A stretch of DNA of 64,000 nt from an uncultured Clostridia bacterium (lineage in GTDB: Bacteria; Bacillota; Clostridia; TANB77; CAG-508): contig CANQTQ010000003.1 of NCBI GenBank assembly GCA_947626765.1, positions 4,362 through 68,361 of the forward strand, read 5' to 3'. Positions 31,902 to 43,635 of this stretch are shown in pieces. Positions within the stretch are counted from its first letter, which is position 1; each line of letters opens with the position of its first letter. The translations under genes and the position numbers were made by a program. The notes below the pieces were generated by a model. It searched no databases. It was not told the origin of the DNA and was given only the letters and a program-made list of their open reading frames with translations.

Positions 31902-32849
31902 TTATTCTTCTTCTTTGGCAAAATCTAATCCTAATGAATGTAATTTATTAGTTACTTCATCTAAAGATTTTTTACCAAGATTTCTTACTTTCATCATATC
32001 AGCTTCTGTTCTATTTGTTAAATCTTCTACTGTAGAAATACTAGCTCTCTTTAAGCAATTGAATGATCTAACAGATAGTTCCAAATCTTCAATAGACATT
32101 TCAAGAACTTTTTCCTTTTTAGATTCTTCTTTTTCTATCATAACTTGAGTATTTTTTGTAGCTTCTGATAAATCTATAAATAATTCTAAATGCCCTGTCA
32201 TAACTTTTGCAGCTAAGCTTAAGGCTTCATCTGGTTTTAATGAACCATTTGTCCAAACTTCGATTGTTAATTTATCGTAGTCTACCATTTGTCCAACTCT
32301 AGTATTTTCTACTGCATAATTAACTTTTTTTACAGGTGTATATATAGAATCAATTGGAAGTACTCCTAAGGCTTGTTCTGGCTTTTTATTCTTTTCAGCG
32401 TTGTTATAGCCTCTTCCTTTATTTGCAGTTAATTCCATAACTAAGTGTCCACCATCTGAAACTGTTGCAATATGTAAATCTGGATTTAAAACTTCTATTG
32501 TTCCATCTGTTATGATATCTCCTGCTTTTAATTCTCCAGGTCCTTTAAAATCAACTCTTAGTACTTTTTCTTCAGTGTCTTCTTGTTTTAAGCTAACACT
32601 TTTTAAGTTGATAATAATTTCTGGAACATCCTCTACTACATTTGGAATTGTAGCAAATTCATGTAATACACCATCAATTTTTACACTTGTAATTGCACTT
32701 CCTGGAAGAGAAGATAATAAAATTCTTCTTAATGAATTGCCTATTGTAATTCCATATCCTCTTTCTAGTGGTTCACATACAAATTTTGCATAATTTTTAT
32801 CTTCATCCATCTCTAAGCATTTAATATCTGGCTTTTCGAATTCTATCAT
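31902..32849 (-). CDS. rpoA: DNA-directed RNA polymerase alpha subunit
   Basis: 315 aa, with the N-terminal dimerisation domain and the alpha-CTD. Confidence 0.9.
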   Translation of the reverse strand: MIEFEKPDIKCLEMDEDKNYAKFVCEPLERGYGITIGNSLRRILLSSLPGSAITSVKIDGVLHEFATIPNVVEDVPEIIINLKSVSLKQEDTEEKVLRVDFKGPGELKAGDIITDGTIEVLNPDLHIATVSDGGHLVMELTANKGRGYNNAEKNKKPEQALGVLPIDSIYTPVKKVNYAVENTRVGQMVDYDKLTIEVWTNGSLKPDEALSLAAKVMTGHLELFIDLSEATKNTQVMIEKEESKKEKVLEMSIEDLELSVRSFNCLKRASISTVEDLTNRTEADMMKVRNLGKKSLDEVTNKLHSLGLDFAKEEE

Positions 32850-33056
32850 TTTTTACCTCCTAATTTTTAGAAGTTAGAGTTTAGAAGTTATTCCTTACTC
32901 TTTTTGGCATTTTTATACTCTACTTCATCTTTTATTATTTTAGAACTAGATTTAAAATTGTGAAAGTTTTTACTATTCTATTTGCAATAGTAATTTTACT
33001 TTAGCTAATATTATTTTATAGCTTGTTTTTATAATCCAATGTCTAATTTTTAACTT

Positions 33057-33683
33057 CTATTTAGAGTAAAGCTCTACTATTAAATGTTCTTCAACTGGAA
33101 TATCAACATCTTCTCTTACTGGTAGTCTTACAACTTTACCATTTAAGTTTTGAGCATCTTTTTGTAACCATTCTGGTACTGGTCTTGCTGAATTTTCTTC
33201 AACATTTAGTTTAATAAATCCATTATCTTTTCTAATTTCTCTAACGCTAATTACATCTCCTGCTTTTACTAGATATGATGGAATATCTACTTTTTCACCA
33301 TTTACTTCAAAGCTACCGTGTGTTATTAACATTCTTGCTTGTGCTCTTGAAGCTCCATATCCTAAACGATATACAACATTATCTAATCTTGTTTCTAATA
33401 TTTGTAATAATACTTCACCAGTTTTACCACGGTTAGCTGATGCCATATCAAAATATTTTCTAAATTGTTTTTCTCCTACACCATAGAAAGATTTTGTTTT
33501 TTGTTTTTCTCTAAGCTGTGTTCCATATTCAGAAAGTTTCTTTCTTTTTTGACCATTTTGGCCTGGTGCATAATTTCTTCTAGCAATACTGCATTTATCT
33601 GTATAACATCTTGAACCTTTTAAGAACAATTTTTGTCCTTCTCTACGACAAATACGGCATTGTTCATCTTTATATCTTGCCAT
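33057..33683 (-). CDS. rpsD: 30S ribosomal protein S4
   Basis: [16 protein letters not shown].. and a C-terminal S4 domain. Confidence 0.9.
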   Translation of the reverse strand: MARYKDEQCRICRREGQKLFLKGSRCYTDKCSIARRNYAPGQNGQKRKKLSEYGTQLREKQKTKSFYGVGEKQFRKYFDMASANRGKTGEVLLQILETRLDNVVYRLGYGASRAQARMLITHGSFEVNGEKVDIPSYLVKAGDVISVREIRKDNGFIKLNVEENSARPVPEWLQKDAQNLNGKVVRLPVREDVDIPVEEHLIVELYSK

Positions 33684-33717
33684 TTTTTATTTTCACCTTT
33701 CTTTCAATTTTTTAGTT

Positions 33718-34116
33718 TTATACTCTACGTCTTTTTGGTGGTCTACAACCATTGTGTGGAATTGGTGTAACATCTTTAATTGAGCTAATTTCCAATCCAG
33801 CAGATTGTAATGACCTAATTGCTGCTTCACGACCAGAACCTGGTCCTTTTACAAATACTTCTACAGATTTTAATCCATGTTCCATTGCTGCTTTTGCTGC
33901 AGTTTCTGCTGCTTCTCCTGCTGCAAATGGTGTGCTTTTTCTTGAACCTTTAAATCCAAGTTCTCCGCTACTAGCCCAAGAAATAGCATTTCCTTGAACA
34001 TCTGTAATTGTAACAATTGTGTTATTAAAACTAGAATGAATATGTGCCATTCCTTTATCAATGTTTTTTCTATCTCTTCTTCTAGTTGTTGTTTTTTTAG
34101 CTACAGTTTGTGCCAT
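33718..34116 (-). CDS. rpsK: 30S ribosomal protein S11
   Basis: sequence. Confidence 0.9.
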   Translation of the reverse strand: MAQTVAKKTTTRRRDRKNIDKGMAHIHSSFNNTIVTITDVQGNAISWASSGELGFKGSRKSTPFAAGEAAETAAKAAMEHGLKSVEVFVKGPGSGREAAIRSLQSAGLEISSIKDVTPIPHNGCRPPKRRRV

Positions 34117-34137
34117 TTTTACTTATTTCCTCCTTAT

Positions 34138-34506
34138 TTAGTCTTTTTTACTTTTGCTAACTAATTTTCTAGGTCCTTTTCTTGTACGAGCATTAGTTTT
34201 TGTTCTTTGTCCTCTAACTGGAAGACCTTTTCTATGTCTAATTCCTCTATAGCAACCAATTTCTGTTAATCTTTTAATATTTAAAGCAACTTCTCTACGT
34301 AAGTCACCCTCAACAGTATAACCTTCCATTGCATTTCTTATTGCTTGTACTTGATCATCTGTTAAATCTTTTACTCTAATATCTGGATTAACTTTTGCCT
34401 TTGCTAGAATTTTTTGTGAACTTGCTAAACCAATACCATAAATATAGGTTAAACCAATTTCTACTCTTTTCTCTCTAGGTAAATCTACTCCTGCTAAACG
34501 AGCCAT
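34138..34506 (-). CDS. rpsM: 30S ribosomal protein S13 (the true start is [10 protein letters not shown], 18 nt inside the tracked ORF)
   Basis: sequence. Confidence 0.9.
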   Translation of the reverse strand: MARLAGVDLPREKRVEIGLTYIYGIGLASSQKILAKAKVNPDIRVKDLTDDQVQAIRNAMEGYTVEGDLRREVALNIKRLTEIGCYRGIRHRKGLPVRGQRTKTNARTRKGPRKLVSKSKKD

Positions 34507-34743
34507 TTTTCTTTGCACCTCCATAGTTTTTTTATTTTGCTATTGTTTTTACTTGTTATTTTATTTTTGTTTTTGCCTAATATTATTGGTGAAATGCATT
34601 GACTATTAATAAAATTAAAGGTCAATCAATAATATTTCTTTAGGCATATATATAAACACAAACCCAAATTTATAAGGTAAGATTTTAAATTTTCTAACCT
34701 TACAGCCGCTTTTTAAGATTTGTGTTATATTCAAAATAGTTTT

Positions 34744-34857
34744 TTATCCTTGTCTTTGTTTATGTTTAGGATTTTCGCATATTACTCTGATGACACCTTT
34801 TCTTTTGATAACTTTGCATTTTTCGCACATAGGTTTTACTGATGGTCTTACTTTCAT
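34744..34857 (-). CDS. rpmJ: 50S ribosomal protein L36
   Basis: 37-aa [37 protein letters not shown]. It is missing from the ORF track. Confidence 0.85.
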   Translation of the reverse strand: MKVRPSVKPMCEKCKVIKRKGVIRVICENPKHKQRQG

Positions 34858-34978
34858 TTTTTTCACCTCTTCTATATTTTGCTTGTTTGATAATGAATTT
34901 TACACTATCATTAAAATCATTTTTCTATATAATTTATTTTTAGAAAGTTATAGTTTCTAAAAATAGGGTTAACTTATG

Positions 34979-35197
34979 TTATTTAGCTCTCCATGTAATA
35001 CGACCTTTAGTTAAGTCATATGGTGATAATTCTACTTTTACTTTATCTCCTGGAAGAATTTTTATATAATTCATTCTTAATTTTCCAGAAATATGAGCTA
35101 AAATTTGATGTCCATTTTCTAATTCAACTTTAAAATTTGTATTTGGTAAAGCTTCAACAACTGTACCTTCAACTTCAATAACATCCTCTTTTGACAT
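34979..35197 (-). CDS. infA: translation initiation factor IF-1
   Basis: sequence. Confidence 0.9.
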   Translation of the reverse strand: MSKEDVIEVEGTVVEALPNTNFKVELENGHQILAHISGKLRMNYIKILPGDKVKVELSPYDLTKGRITWRAK

Positions 35198-35310
35198 ATT
35201 TTACATATGTTAGAAAAACTAACATATCTCCTTTCTTTTTAGCCTTTTTTACATATTAAAAGTTTATTTTTGCAATATAAACGCATTATCTTATATAGTA
35301 TACTGCAAAT

Positions 35311-36081
35311 TTACAATAATGTCAATATCTCTGGCTGTTTTTCTGTAATTAAAATTGTATTTTCATAATGAGCAGCAAGTGATCCATCTTCTGTTACAAT
35401 TGTCCAGCCATCATCTAATACACAAATATCTTGCTTTCCAGCCATTACCATAGGTTCTACTGCAAGAGTCATACCTGGCTGAATTCTTAATCCTCTTCCT
35501 GTTTTTCCATAGTTTGGAATTCCTGGATCTTCGTGCATTTCTTCACCTATGCCATGTCCTTGAAATTCTCTTACCACTTTATAACCATTTTTTTCAACGA
35601 ACTCCCCAATGGCATGTGAAATATCTCCTATACGATTTCCTTTAACTGCCTGAGAAATTCCCTCAAAAAAAGCTTGTTTTGTGATATCTACTAATCTTTG
35701 TTTTTCTGGTGTAGATTTTCCAACTATATAAGTTCTAGCAGCATCTCCATTAAATCCATTTTTATAAACCACTAAGTCTATGCTAACTACATCTCCATCT
35801 TGAATTATTCTTTTATCTGATGGAATTCCATGAATAATTTCATCATTAATTGAAACACATAAAGTAGCTGGAAAAGCTGGAACACCTTTTTGTCCACTTG
35901 GATAACCTTTTTGTGCTGGAATACCACCATTGTCTCTAATAATTTTTTCTGCAAAATGGTCTAAATCCATGGTAGTAATTCCTGGTTTAATATATTTTTC
36001 TATTTCTTCATAAACTAAAGCTGTAATTTTACATGCTTCTCTCATTTTTTCTATTTCTTTTTGTGATTTTATTGTTACCAT
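35311..36081 (-). CDS. map: methionine aminopeptidase type I
   Basis: sequence. Confidence 0.9.
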   Translation of the reverse strand: MVTIKSQKEIEKMREACKITALVYEEIEKYIKPGITTMDLDHFAEKIIRDNGGIPAQKGYPSGQKGVPAFPATLCVSINDEIIHGIPSDKRIIQDGDVVSIDLVVYKNGFNGDAARTYIVGKSTPEKQRLVDITKQAFFEGISQAVKGNRIGDISHAIGEFVEKNGYKVVREFQGHGIGEEMHEDPGIPNYGKTGRGLRIQPGMTLAVEPMVMAGKQDICVLDDGWTIVTEDGSLAAHYENTILITEKQPEILTLL

Positions 36082-36261
36082 TTTTTACTTATATCTCCAT
36101 TTTTAATTAATAAAAACTTCACCCATCACATTGCAATCAAAAATTGTTGATGGGTGCTCTAAAAACCCTATTATTTCATAATAATACATTAAGTTCACTT
36201 AAGAAAAGTTACTTGTTTGACCTGTCCCCAATTCCCCAAAAGAGGAAAAAGGGACTGTCCC

Positions 36262-36915
36262 CTATTTTAAAATTTCATCTACTGCTTGCTCTGAAGCATT
36301 TTCTGCTGTTGGATCCTTTGGTGTTATAGATACTAAAACATTTTTTTCTTTATAATATGTAAGTAAGTCTTGCACATTTTTTCTGTACACTTCTAATCTA
36401 TTTTTAATTGCTTCTGCATTATCATCTGTTCTAGTAACTAATTTAGCACCACAAATATCGCAAACGCCTGGAACTTTTGATGGCTTATATTTTATATTAT
36501 AAATTGCTCCACATTCTTTATTAGAGCATGTGGCTCTGTTTAAAATTCTATCTATAATAACTTGATCTGGAACTATTAATTCTGGTACTATATCAACTTT
36601 TTTTCCTTGTTCTTCTAAAATTTTATCTAGTGCTTCTGCTTGAGCTTTTGTTCTTGGAAATCCATCTAATATAACACCATTTTTTGTATCGTCCCATGTT
36701 AATCTATCTTTAACAATATTAATAGTTAATTCATCTGGAACAAGTTCTCCTTTTGATATATAACTATCTGCAAGTTTTCCAAGCTCTGTTTCTTTTTTTA
36801 TTTGTTCTCTAAACATATCTCCCGTTGAAATATGTGGAAGATTAAGTCTTTTTGCAAGTATTTTTGCTGCTGTACCTTTTCCACTTCCAGGAGCTCCTAA
36901 CATAACAATATACAT
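36262..36915 (-). CDS. adk: adenylate kinase (with a Zn-binding lid, CxxC..CxxC)
   Basis: GAPGSGKGT P-loop. Confidence 0.9.
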   Translation of the reverse strand: MYIVMLGAPGSGKGTAAKILAKRLNLPHISTGDMFREQIKKETELGKLADSYISKGELVPDELTINIVKDRLTWDDTKNGVILDGFPRTKAQAEALDKILEEQGKKVDIVPELIVPDQVIIDRILNRATCSNKECGAIYNIKYKPSKVPGVCDICGAKLVTRTDDNAEAIKNRLEVYRKNVQDLLTYYKEKNVLVSITPKDPTAENASEQAVDEILK

Positions 36916-36989
36916 ATCTTTTGCTCTCCTTTTTACGCATTTTGGACGGAACTAGAAAACATTTACTAGCCCGTCCTACTCTGCTTATT

Positions 36990-38315
36990 TTAGTCTAAGA
37001 AACCTTTATAATGTCTCATAACAAGTAAAGATTCTAATTGTTGTACCATTTCTAGTGCAACACCTACTACGATTAAGATAGATGTTCCACCAAATGCTAA
37101 GTTTACATTTGGTATAAATCTAACTAGCATTGGTAGTATAGCAATTATTGCTAAGAATAATCCACCAAACCATAATAGTTTTGACATAACTGAAGATAAA
37201 TAATCAGTTGTTGGTTTTCCTGCTCTTATTCCTGGTATAAATCCACCATTTTTCTTAATATTGTTTGATACTTCTGCTGGATTGAATGTAGCATATGTAT
37301 AGAAAAATGTAAATGCTAATATTAATAATAAATATACAATTGCATTTGCTATAGTGTATCCTACTGGTACAGCAGCTGATGATGTTGCAATAGAAAATTT
37401 ATAAATTACTGACCAAAATCCAGTTTCTGCTGCTATATTTGGTATAAACATTTGAATAATCATTGCAGGGAATGTCATAAATGAAGAAGCAAAGATAATT
37501 GGCATAACTCCAGCCATAGCTAACTTAAGTGGAATATGTGTATTTTGTGCTCCTACCATTTTTCTTCCTACTACTCTTTTTGCATATTGTACAGGAATTC
37601 TTCTTTCTGCTTCTTGTACAAATACAACACCCATTATTAAAATAATAGCTCCTATGATAATTCCTATTGCTGTTAATAAACCTGTTGTGCTAAATGCTCC
37701 AGTTCCAAATATTAAGTTCCAAATTAATGTAACTGCTCTTGGAAGTCCTGAAACGATACCTACAAAGATAATTATAGAAATACCATTTCCAATTCCTTTA
37801 TCTGTAATTTGTTCTCCAAGCCACATTAAAAGTGATGTTCCTGCCATTAAAGATATAACTACTAAAAATCCAGTTAAAAAGCTATCTCCTACGAATATTC
37901 CAGAAGATCTATATGCTAAATATAAACCTGTACCTTCTATTAAAGCAAGTACTATTGTTAATAGTTTAGTATATTTGTTTATTTTATTAGCACCTTCTTC
38001 TCCTCCTTCTTTCATTATTTTTTCTAATGAAGGAATAACAAAGCCTAATAATTGAATTACAATAGATGCTGTAATGTATGGTGTAATTGTCATAGCAAAG
38101 ATAGAGAATCTAGAAAAAGCTCCACCTGAGATTAAGTCAATTAAACCTGATAATCCGTTATTTGCACCTGACATTGCTTCATTTAAAGCAACTGTATTAA
38201 CACCTGGTATTGTAATAAAGCATCCTAATCTAAAAAGTACTATTAATAATAATGTATATAAAATTCTTTTTCTAACATCTGGTGTTTTAAATGCATTTAT
38301 AATTGTCTTAAACAT
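36990..38315 (-). CDS. secY: preprotein translocase SecY
   Basis: 441 aa, 10 TM helices. Confidence 0.9.
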   Translation of the reverse strand: MFKTIINAFKTPDVRKRILYTLLLIVLFRLGCFITIPGVNTVALNEAMSGANNGLSGLIDLISGGAFSRFSIFAMTITPYITASIVIQLLGFVIPSLEKIMKEGGEEGANKINKYTKLLTIVLALIEGTGLYLAYRSSGIFVGDSFLTGFLVVISLMAGTSLLMWLGEQITDKGIGNGISIIIFVGIVSGLPRAVTLIWNLIFGTGAFSTTGLLTAIGIIIGAIILIMGVVFVQEAERRIPVQYAKRVVGRKMVGAQNTHIPLKLAMAGVMPIIFASSFMTFPAMIIQMFIPNIAAETGFWSVIYKFSIATSSAAVPVGYTIANAIVYLLLILAFTFFYTYATFNPAEVSNNIKKNGGFIPGIRAGKPTTDYLSSVMSKLLWFGGLFLAIIAILPMLVRFIPNVNLAFGGTSILIVVGVALEMVQQLESLLVMRHYKGFLD

Positions 38316-38749
38316 TAAATCACCTCGGCCTTTCCTCCTAAAGCTTCAATTTTTTCTTGAGCAGCTTTAGTAAATTTTACAGCCTTTACATTAACTTTTT
38401 TGTCTAATTTACCTGTTGCAATAATAACAATGCCATCATTAATTTTACGAATAATTCCATCTTTTACTAAACTTTCAGCAGTAACATCTTCTGTGCTTGC
38501 TTTATTTAACATTGTTAAAGTTACTTCTGTGTAATTTTTAGCATGAATGTTATTAAATCCTCTTTTTGGTAATCTTCTATATAAAGGAGTTTGACCACCT
38601 TCAAATCCACGTCTTACTCCTCCACCGCTTCTAGCTTTTTGTCCTTTATGTCCTCTTCCAGAAGTTTTTCCAAGACCTGAACCAACTCCACGACCAACTC
38701 TTGTTCTTGTTTTTGTTTTTTGTGCTGGTTTTAATTCGTCTAATTTCAT
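38315..38749 (-). CDS. rplO: 50S ribosomal protein L15
   Basis: sequence. No rpmD is present between rpsE and rplO, only a 69-nt gap. Confidence 0.9.
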   Translation of the reverse strand: MKLDELKPAQKTKTRTRVGRGVGSGLGKTSGRGHKGQKARSGGGVRRGFEGGQTPLYRRLPKRGFNNIHAKNYTEVTLTMLNKASTEDVTAESLVKDGIIRKINDGIVIIATGKLDKKVNVKAVKFTKAAQEKIEALGGKAEVI

Positions 38750-38818
38750 TTATGCGTACACCTCCTATTTTTATTTGTTAATAGTTGTTATTTTTATATT
38801 TTATTATATCTAGAAAAA

Positions 38819-39310
38819 TTATAATATATCTTCTACAGCTTTTCCTCTTTTTCTAGCTACTTGTTCAATTGTTTGCATACTTTTTAATCCTTCTATTGTA
38901 GCATATACTACATTTCTTGGATTGCTTGTTCCAATTACTTTTGTTCTAATATCTTTGTATCCTGCAAGCTCTAGTACTGGTCTTACACTACCACCAGCAA
39001 TAACTCCAGTACCTTCTTGAGCTGGTTTTAGCATAACTCTTGCACTTCCAAACGTACCTACATATTCGTGTGGAATTGTAGTTCCTACTACTGGAACACT
39101 TATTAAATTCTTTTTAGCTTCTTCAATAGCTTTTTTTATAGCATCTGGAACTTCTGCTGCTTTACCATTTCCTACACCTATATGTCCATTTTCATCACCT
39201 ACTACAACAACAGCACTAAATCTAAAAGTTCTACCACCTTTTACAACTTTTGCTACTCTGTTAATTGCAACTACTTTTTCTTTTAATTCTGATGTATTTT
39301 CTGATTGCAC
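38819..39310 (-). CDS. rpsE: 30S ribosomal protein S5
   Basis: sequence. Confidence 0.9.
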   Translation of the reverse strand: MQSENTSELKEKVVAINRVAKVVKGGRTFRFSAVVVVGDENGHIGVGNGKAAEVPDAIKKAIEEAKKNLISVPVVGTTIPHEYVGTFGSARVMLKPAQEGTGVIAGGSVRPVLELAGYKDIRTKVIGTSNPRNVVYATIEGLKSMQTIEQVARKRGKAVEDIL

Positions 39311-39420
39311 TTTATTTTTCCCTCCTTTTTATCTGTTAGGGGACAAATTTTAAATCTACTGTTATTCACTAGGGCTAAAATATGTCCCCTTCCCCTGTGA
39401 ATTATTTAACAATAATTTTA

Positions 39421-39780
39421 TTAAAATTCTAGTCCGCCTTCTCTTGCAGCTTCAGCTAATTGTTTTACTACACCATGGTAAATGTATCCACCTCTGTCAA
39501 AAACAACTTCTTTAATATTTTTTTCTAAAGCTCTTTTAGCAATTAGGTTTCCTACTTCTTTAGCAGCTTCACAATTAGCATGTTTTGTTTTTACTTCTTT
39601 ATCTAATGTAGAAGCTTGAACTAAAGTTTTTCCATTTACATCATCTATTACTTGAACATAAAGATTACTATTGCTTCTAAATACGCATAATCTTGGACGA
39701 GTTTCTGTTCCAAATACTTTATTACGTACTCTTGCATGTCTTCTTGTTCTTTCTGCTCTTCTATCTATTTTCTTAATCAT
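39421..39780 (-). CDS. rplR: 50S ribosomal protein L18
   Basis: sequence. Confidence 0.9.
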   Translation of the reverse strand: MIKKIDRRAERTRRHARVRNKVFGTETRPRLCVFRSNSNLYVQVIDDVNGKTLVQASTLDKEVKTKHANCEAAKEVGNLIAKRALEKNIKEVVFDRGGYIYHGVVKQLAEAAREGGLEF

Positions 39781-39965
39781 TTTTTGCTCCTTTCTACTAA
39801 TGTAACAGCATTAGTAATTTTTATATAATGATTTCTTAAATTAGGAATTTAAAGCGAGTATAACGAGGCTAACCGAGCTAAAATTTTTGAAACTATACGA
39901 GCTGTATGTTGAAAAAATTTTATGCGAAGGTTAACAAAGTTAGACGAAGCTTAAAATTTCTAATT
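39781..39965 (-). repeat. ~185-nt intra-operon spacer. It is a paralogous copy of the spacer at 40922..41106
   Basis: The two spacers share motifs such as GAATTTAAA, AAAATTTTTGAAAYTATAC and TTGAAAAAWTTTTA..CGNAG..ACGAAGC, at roughly 70% identity. Adjacent ribosomal genes normally sit within 20 nt of each other. Confidence 0.5.
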
Positions 39966-40505
39966 TTATTTTTTGCCTGATTTACCTTCCTTACGTCTAA
40001 TATGCTCTGTAGCATATTTAATACCTTTTCCTCTATATACTTCTGGTGGTCTTTTTGTTCTAACAACAGCTGCTGTTTGACCAACTAATTCTTTATCTAC
40101 ACCTCTTACAGTTATATGGTTTGCGTCTGCTAAATCAAATGTAATTCCTTCTGGTGGTGTAATTTCAACTGGATGAGAATATCCTAAGTTTAATACTAAT
40201 ATATTTCCTTTTTTCTGTGCTCTATAACCAACACCATTTACTTCAAGTTCTACTTTAAATTCATTAACAACACCTTCAATCATGTTGTTAATTAAAGTTC
40301 TTGTTAGTCCATGTAAACTTTTATTTATAGTTTCATCGTTTGGTCTTGTTACAGTAACAGTATTTCCTTCTATATTTACTTTCATATTTCTATGAATTTC
40401 TCTTTCTAATGTTCCCTTTGGTCCTTTTACAGTAATGTGATTATCATTAATATTAACTTCTACACCTTCTGGTACTGTAATAGGTTTATTTCCTATTCTT
40501 GACAT
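39966..40505 (-). CDS. rplF: 50S ribosomal protein L6 (the true start is MSRIGNKPI)
   Basis: sequence. Confidence 0.9.
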   Translation of the reverse strand: MSRIGNKPITVPEGVEVNINDNHITVKGPKGTLEREIHRNMKVNIEGNTVTVTRPNDETINKSLHGLTRTLINNMIEGVVNEFKVELEVNGVGYRAQKKGNILVLNLGYSHPVEITPPEGITFDLADANHITVRGVDKELVGQTAAVVRTKRPPEVYRGKGIKYATEHIRRKEGKSGKK

Positions 40506-40522
40506 TTTATATTTCCTCCTTC

Positions 40523-40921
40523 CTACCAAATATAAGCTATAACTTCTCCACCTAGTCCTTCAGCTCTTGCGTCTTTGTCTGTTTTAATTCCTTTTGAAGT
40601 AGAAATTAAAGCAACACCTAAACCATTTAGAACTTGTGGTAATTCGTCTTTTGATGAATATACTCTTAATCCTGGTTTACTAATTCTTTTTAAACCATCG
40701 ATTACTCTATTTCCCTTTTCATCATATTTTAATGTAATACGAATTACACCTTGACTATTATCATTAATTTCTTCATATGCAGCAATGTAACCTTCTTTAA
40801 ATAAAATATCAGCTATTGATTTTTTCATATTAGAACTAGGTACATCTACTGTTTTATGTTTTTGACTATTTGCGTTTCTAATTCTTGTTAACATATCTGC
40901 AATTGGGTCAGTTGTATTCAT
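40523..40921 (-). CDS. rpsH: 30S ribosomal protein S8
   Basis: sequence. Confidence 0.9.
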   Translation of the reverse strand: MNTTDPIADMLTRIRNANSQKHKTVDVPSSNMKKSIADILFKEGYIAAYEEINDNSQGVIRITLKYDEKGNRVIDGLKRISKPGLRVYSSKDELPQVLNGLGVALISTSKGIKTDKDARAEGLGGEVIAYIW

Positions 40922-41106
40922 TTAATTTATTCCCTCCTTCATCATTTTTCTATTACAATTTATTTTTTACAAATAATGTTATTTCGAATTTAAATTAGTA
41001 TATTGCTAGGAAAGCAAGTGAAAAATTTTGAAATTATACTATTGTATATTGAAAAATTTTTACACGTAGCTTGACGAAGCAAGATGCTGATTTAAATTTG
41101 AAAGAA
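40922..41106 (-). repeat. ~185-nt intra-operon spacer, paralogous to 39781..39965
   Basis: see the spacer at 39781..39965. Confidence 0.5.
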
Positions 41107-41292
41107 CTACCAGCTTGCCTTTTTTACTCCTGGAATTTCTCCCTTATGAGCTAATTCTCTAAAGCAAACACGGCAAATTCCATATTTTCTAATATAAGCA
41201 TGTGGTCTTCCACATATTTTACAACGATTATATTCTCTTGTTTTATATTTTTGTTCTCTTTGTTGTTTTACTTTTAAAGACTTCTTAGCCAT
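41107..41292 (-). CDS. rpsN: 30S ribosomal protein S14, type Z (zinc-binding, 61 aa)
   Basis: [22 protein letters not shown]. Confidence 0.85.
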   Translation of the reverse strand: MAKKSLKVKQQREQKYKTREYNRCKICGRPHAYIRKYGICRVCFRELAHKGEIPGVKKASW

Positions 41293-41322
41293 GAATTTCT
41301 CCTTTCTTACATTTACTACATA

Positions 41323-41862
41323 CTAGTTTTGGAATGGCATTCCTAATAAAGAAAGTAATTCTCTTGCTTCTTCATCTGTCTTAGCAGTAGTAACAAATAT
41401 AATATCCATACCTCTAATTTTATCAATTTTATCATATTCAATTTCAGGGAATATTAATTGTTCTTTAACACCCATTGAGTAATTTCCTCTTCCATCAAAT
41501 GAATTATTAGATACTCCTCTAAAATCTCTAACTCTTGGTAATGCTACATTAAATAGTTTGTATGCAAAATCATACATTTTTCCATTTCTTAATGTAACTT
41601 TACATCCAATATTAACACCTTCTCTAATTTTGAAAGCAGCTATAGCCTTTTTTGCCTTTGTTACTATTGGTTTTTGACCTGTAATAATACTTAAATCGTT
41701 AATAGTATTATCTAATGCTTTTGGATTGTCTTTCATATCTCCTAAACCAACATTGATAACTATTTTTTCTAGTTTTGGAACTTCCATAATTGATTTATAG
41801 TTAAATTTTTTAATTAATGCTGGTACAACTTCTTTTTGATATTGTTCTTTTAATATTTCCAT
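41323..41862 (-). CDS. rplE: 50S ribosomal protein L5
   Basis: sequence. Confidence 0.9.
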   Translation of the reverse strand: MEILKEQYQKEVVPALIKKFNYKSIMEVPKLEKIVINVGLGDMKDNPKALDNTINDLSIITGQKPIVTKAKKAIAAFKIREGVNIGCKVTLRNGKMYDFAYKLFNVALPRVRDFRGVSNNSFDGRGNYSMGVKEQLIFPEIEYDKIDKIRGMDIIFVTTAKTDEEARELLSLLGMPFQN

Positions 41863-41884
41863 AAGTCTTTTTTAGACCTCCTTC

Positions 41885-42193
41885 CTATTTTAGTTTATTT
41901 CCACATTTTTTACAAACACGTACTTTTGTATCTCCTTCAACTAAATAACCAACTCTTGTAGGTTTGCCACATTTTGGACATACAACATTTACTTTACTAC
42001 TATGTATGCTACATTCTACTGAGATAATTCCGCCCTCTTCACCTTGTTTTCTAGGTTTAACATGTTTTTTTCTAACATTTACACCTTTTACTATTACTTT
42101 TTGTGTTTTAGGAATTACTTCTAATACTTCTCCTGTTTTACCTTTATCATTTCCTGATAAAACTTTAACAGTATCTCCTTTTTTAATTTTCAT
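41885..42193 (-). CDS. rplX: 50S ribosomal protein L24 with a four-Cys C-terminal zinc-ribbon-like extension
   Basis: MKIKKGDTVKVLSGNDKGKTGEV.. followed by CPKCGKPTRV..VCKKCGNKLK. Confidence 0.85.
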   Translation of the reverse strand: MKIKKGDTVKVLSGNDKGKTGEVLEVIPKTQKVIVKGVNVRKKHVKPRKQGEEGGIISVECSIHSSKVNVVCPKCGKPTRVGYLVEGDTKVRVCKKCGNKLK

Positions 42194-42241
42194 TTTCTAT
42201 TTTCACCTCTTCTTTTCTTAGTTATGAGCCAGTTTGATATT

Positions 42242-42610
42242 TTATAGAACTTCTGGAGCTAATGATAAAATTTTCATATATTCTCCATCTCTTAATTCTC
42301 TAGCTACTGGTCCAAATATACGAGTTCCTCTTGGTGTTTTATCATCTTTTATAATAACTGCTGCATTTTCATCAAATCTTAAATAAGAACCATCTGCTCT
42401 TCTAATTGGCTTTTTTGTTCTTACTACAACGGCTTTTACAACATCACCTTTTTTAACAACGCCACCTGGTGTAGCTGTTTTAACAGAAGCAACTATTATA
42501 TCGCCTATACCAGCATATTTTCTATATGATCCGCCTAAGCATCTAATACACATAATTTCTCTTGCACCAGTATTATCAGCAACTTTTAAGATACTTTGTT
42601 GTTGTACCAT
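42242..42610 (-). CDS. rplN: 50S ribosomal protein L14
   Basis: sequence. Confidence 0.9.
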   Translation of the reverse strand: MVQQQSILKVADNTGAREIMCIRCLGGSYRKYAGIGDIIVASVKTATPGGVVKKGDVVKAVVVRTKKPIRRADGSYLRFDENAAVIIKDDKTPRGTRIFGPVARELRDGEYMKILSLAPEVL

Positions 42611-42719
42611 TTTATTTTCCTCCTCTACTATTTTGAGTTATATTTTGCATATTGCTTACAATAAAACATTTTATATTATTAATTTTAATATAATGTTTTT
42701 ACAAATACACATTTTTATT

Positions 42720-42983
42720 TTATTTAATTATTGCCTTTTCTACAACTTCAACTACTCTCCATCTCTTATCTTTAGAAAGTGGTCTTGTTTCCATTACTTT
42801 TACTTTATCACCTGTTTGGCATTCATTGTTTTCATCATGTGCTTTTAGTTTGTATGTTCTTTTTTGAATTTTTCCATACATTTTGTTCATAACATTAGTT
42901 TCAACAGCTACTACAACTGTTTTATCCATTTTGTCTGAAACAACAGTGCCAATCATTACTTTACGAAGATTTCTTTCTTCCAT
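42720..42983 (-). CDS. rpsQ: 30S ribosomal protein S17
   Basis: sequence. Confidence 0.9.
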   Translation of the reverse strand: MEERNLRKVMIGTVVSDKMDKTVVVAVETNVMNKMYGKIQKRTYKLKAHDENNECQTGDKVKVMETRPLSKDKRWRVVEVVEKAIIK

Positions 42984-42998
42984 TTAGGTAACTCCTTT

Positions 42999-43202
42999 CT
43001 ATTTGTTATCTTGTAATAACTCTCTTTGTCTTAAAATTGTTTTAATTCTTGCAATGTCTTTTTTTACTTCTTTTATTTTCATTGGATTGTCTAATCCATT
43101 TGTTGCTAAACTAAATCTTAGTTTAAACAACTCATTTTTTAGTTCTCCTAATTCTTTTTCTAATTCTGGTGAAGACATTTCTTTTATTTTATTTATCTTC
43201 AT
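42999..43202 (-). CDS. rpmC: 50S ribosomal protein L29
   Basis: sequence. The true start is [10 protein letters not shown]. Confidence 0.85.
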   Translation of the reverse strand: MKINKIKEMSSPELEKELGELKNELFKLRFSLATNGLDNPMKIKEVKKDIARIKTILRQRELLQDNK

Positions 43203-43635
43203 CACTATCACCACCTAAACTATCAGTTTCTCTTTTGACAAACTTACATTTTACAGATAGCTTGTTACCAGCTAAACGAAGAGCTTCTTTTGCAACATCT
43301 TCTGTGACATCTGCAATTTCAAACATAACTCTTCCTGGTTTTACAGGTGCTACCCAAAATTCTACTGCACCTTTACCTTTACCCATACGAGTACCAATAG
43401 GTTTTGCAGTTATTGGTTTGTCTGGAAAAATTTTAATCCAAACTTTTCCACCTCTTTTAATATAACGAGTCATGGCAACACGGGCTGCTTCAATTTGATT
43501 AGAAGTAATTAATCCTATTTCTTGAGCTTGTAAACCGTATTCTCCATCTGTAACAAGATTTCCTCTTGTTGCTTTTCCTCTAATTCTACCTTTTTGTTGT
43601 TTTCTATATTTTGTTCTTTTTGGCATTAATGGCAT
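43189..43635 (-). CDS. rplP: 50S ribosomal protein L16
   Basis: [11 protein letters not shown].. Confidence 0.9.
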   Translation of the reverse strand: MPLMPKRTKYRKQQKGRIRGKATRGNLVTDGEYGLQAQEIGLITSNQIEAARVAMTRYIKRGGKVWIKIFPDKPITAKPIGTRMGKGKGAVEFWVAPVKPGRVMFEIADVTEDVAKEALRLAGNKLSVKCKFVKRETDSLGGDSDEDK

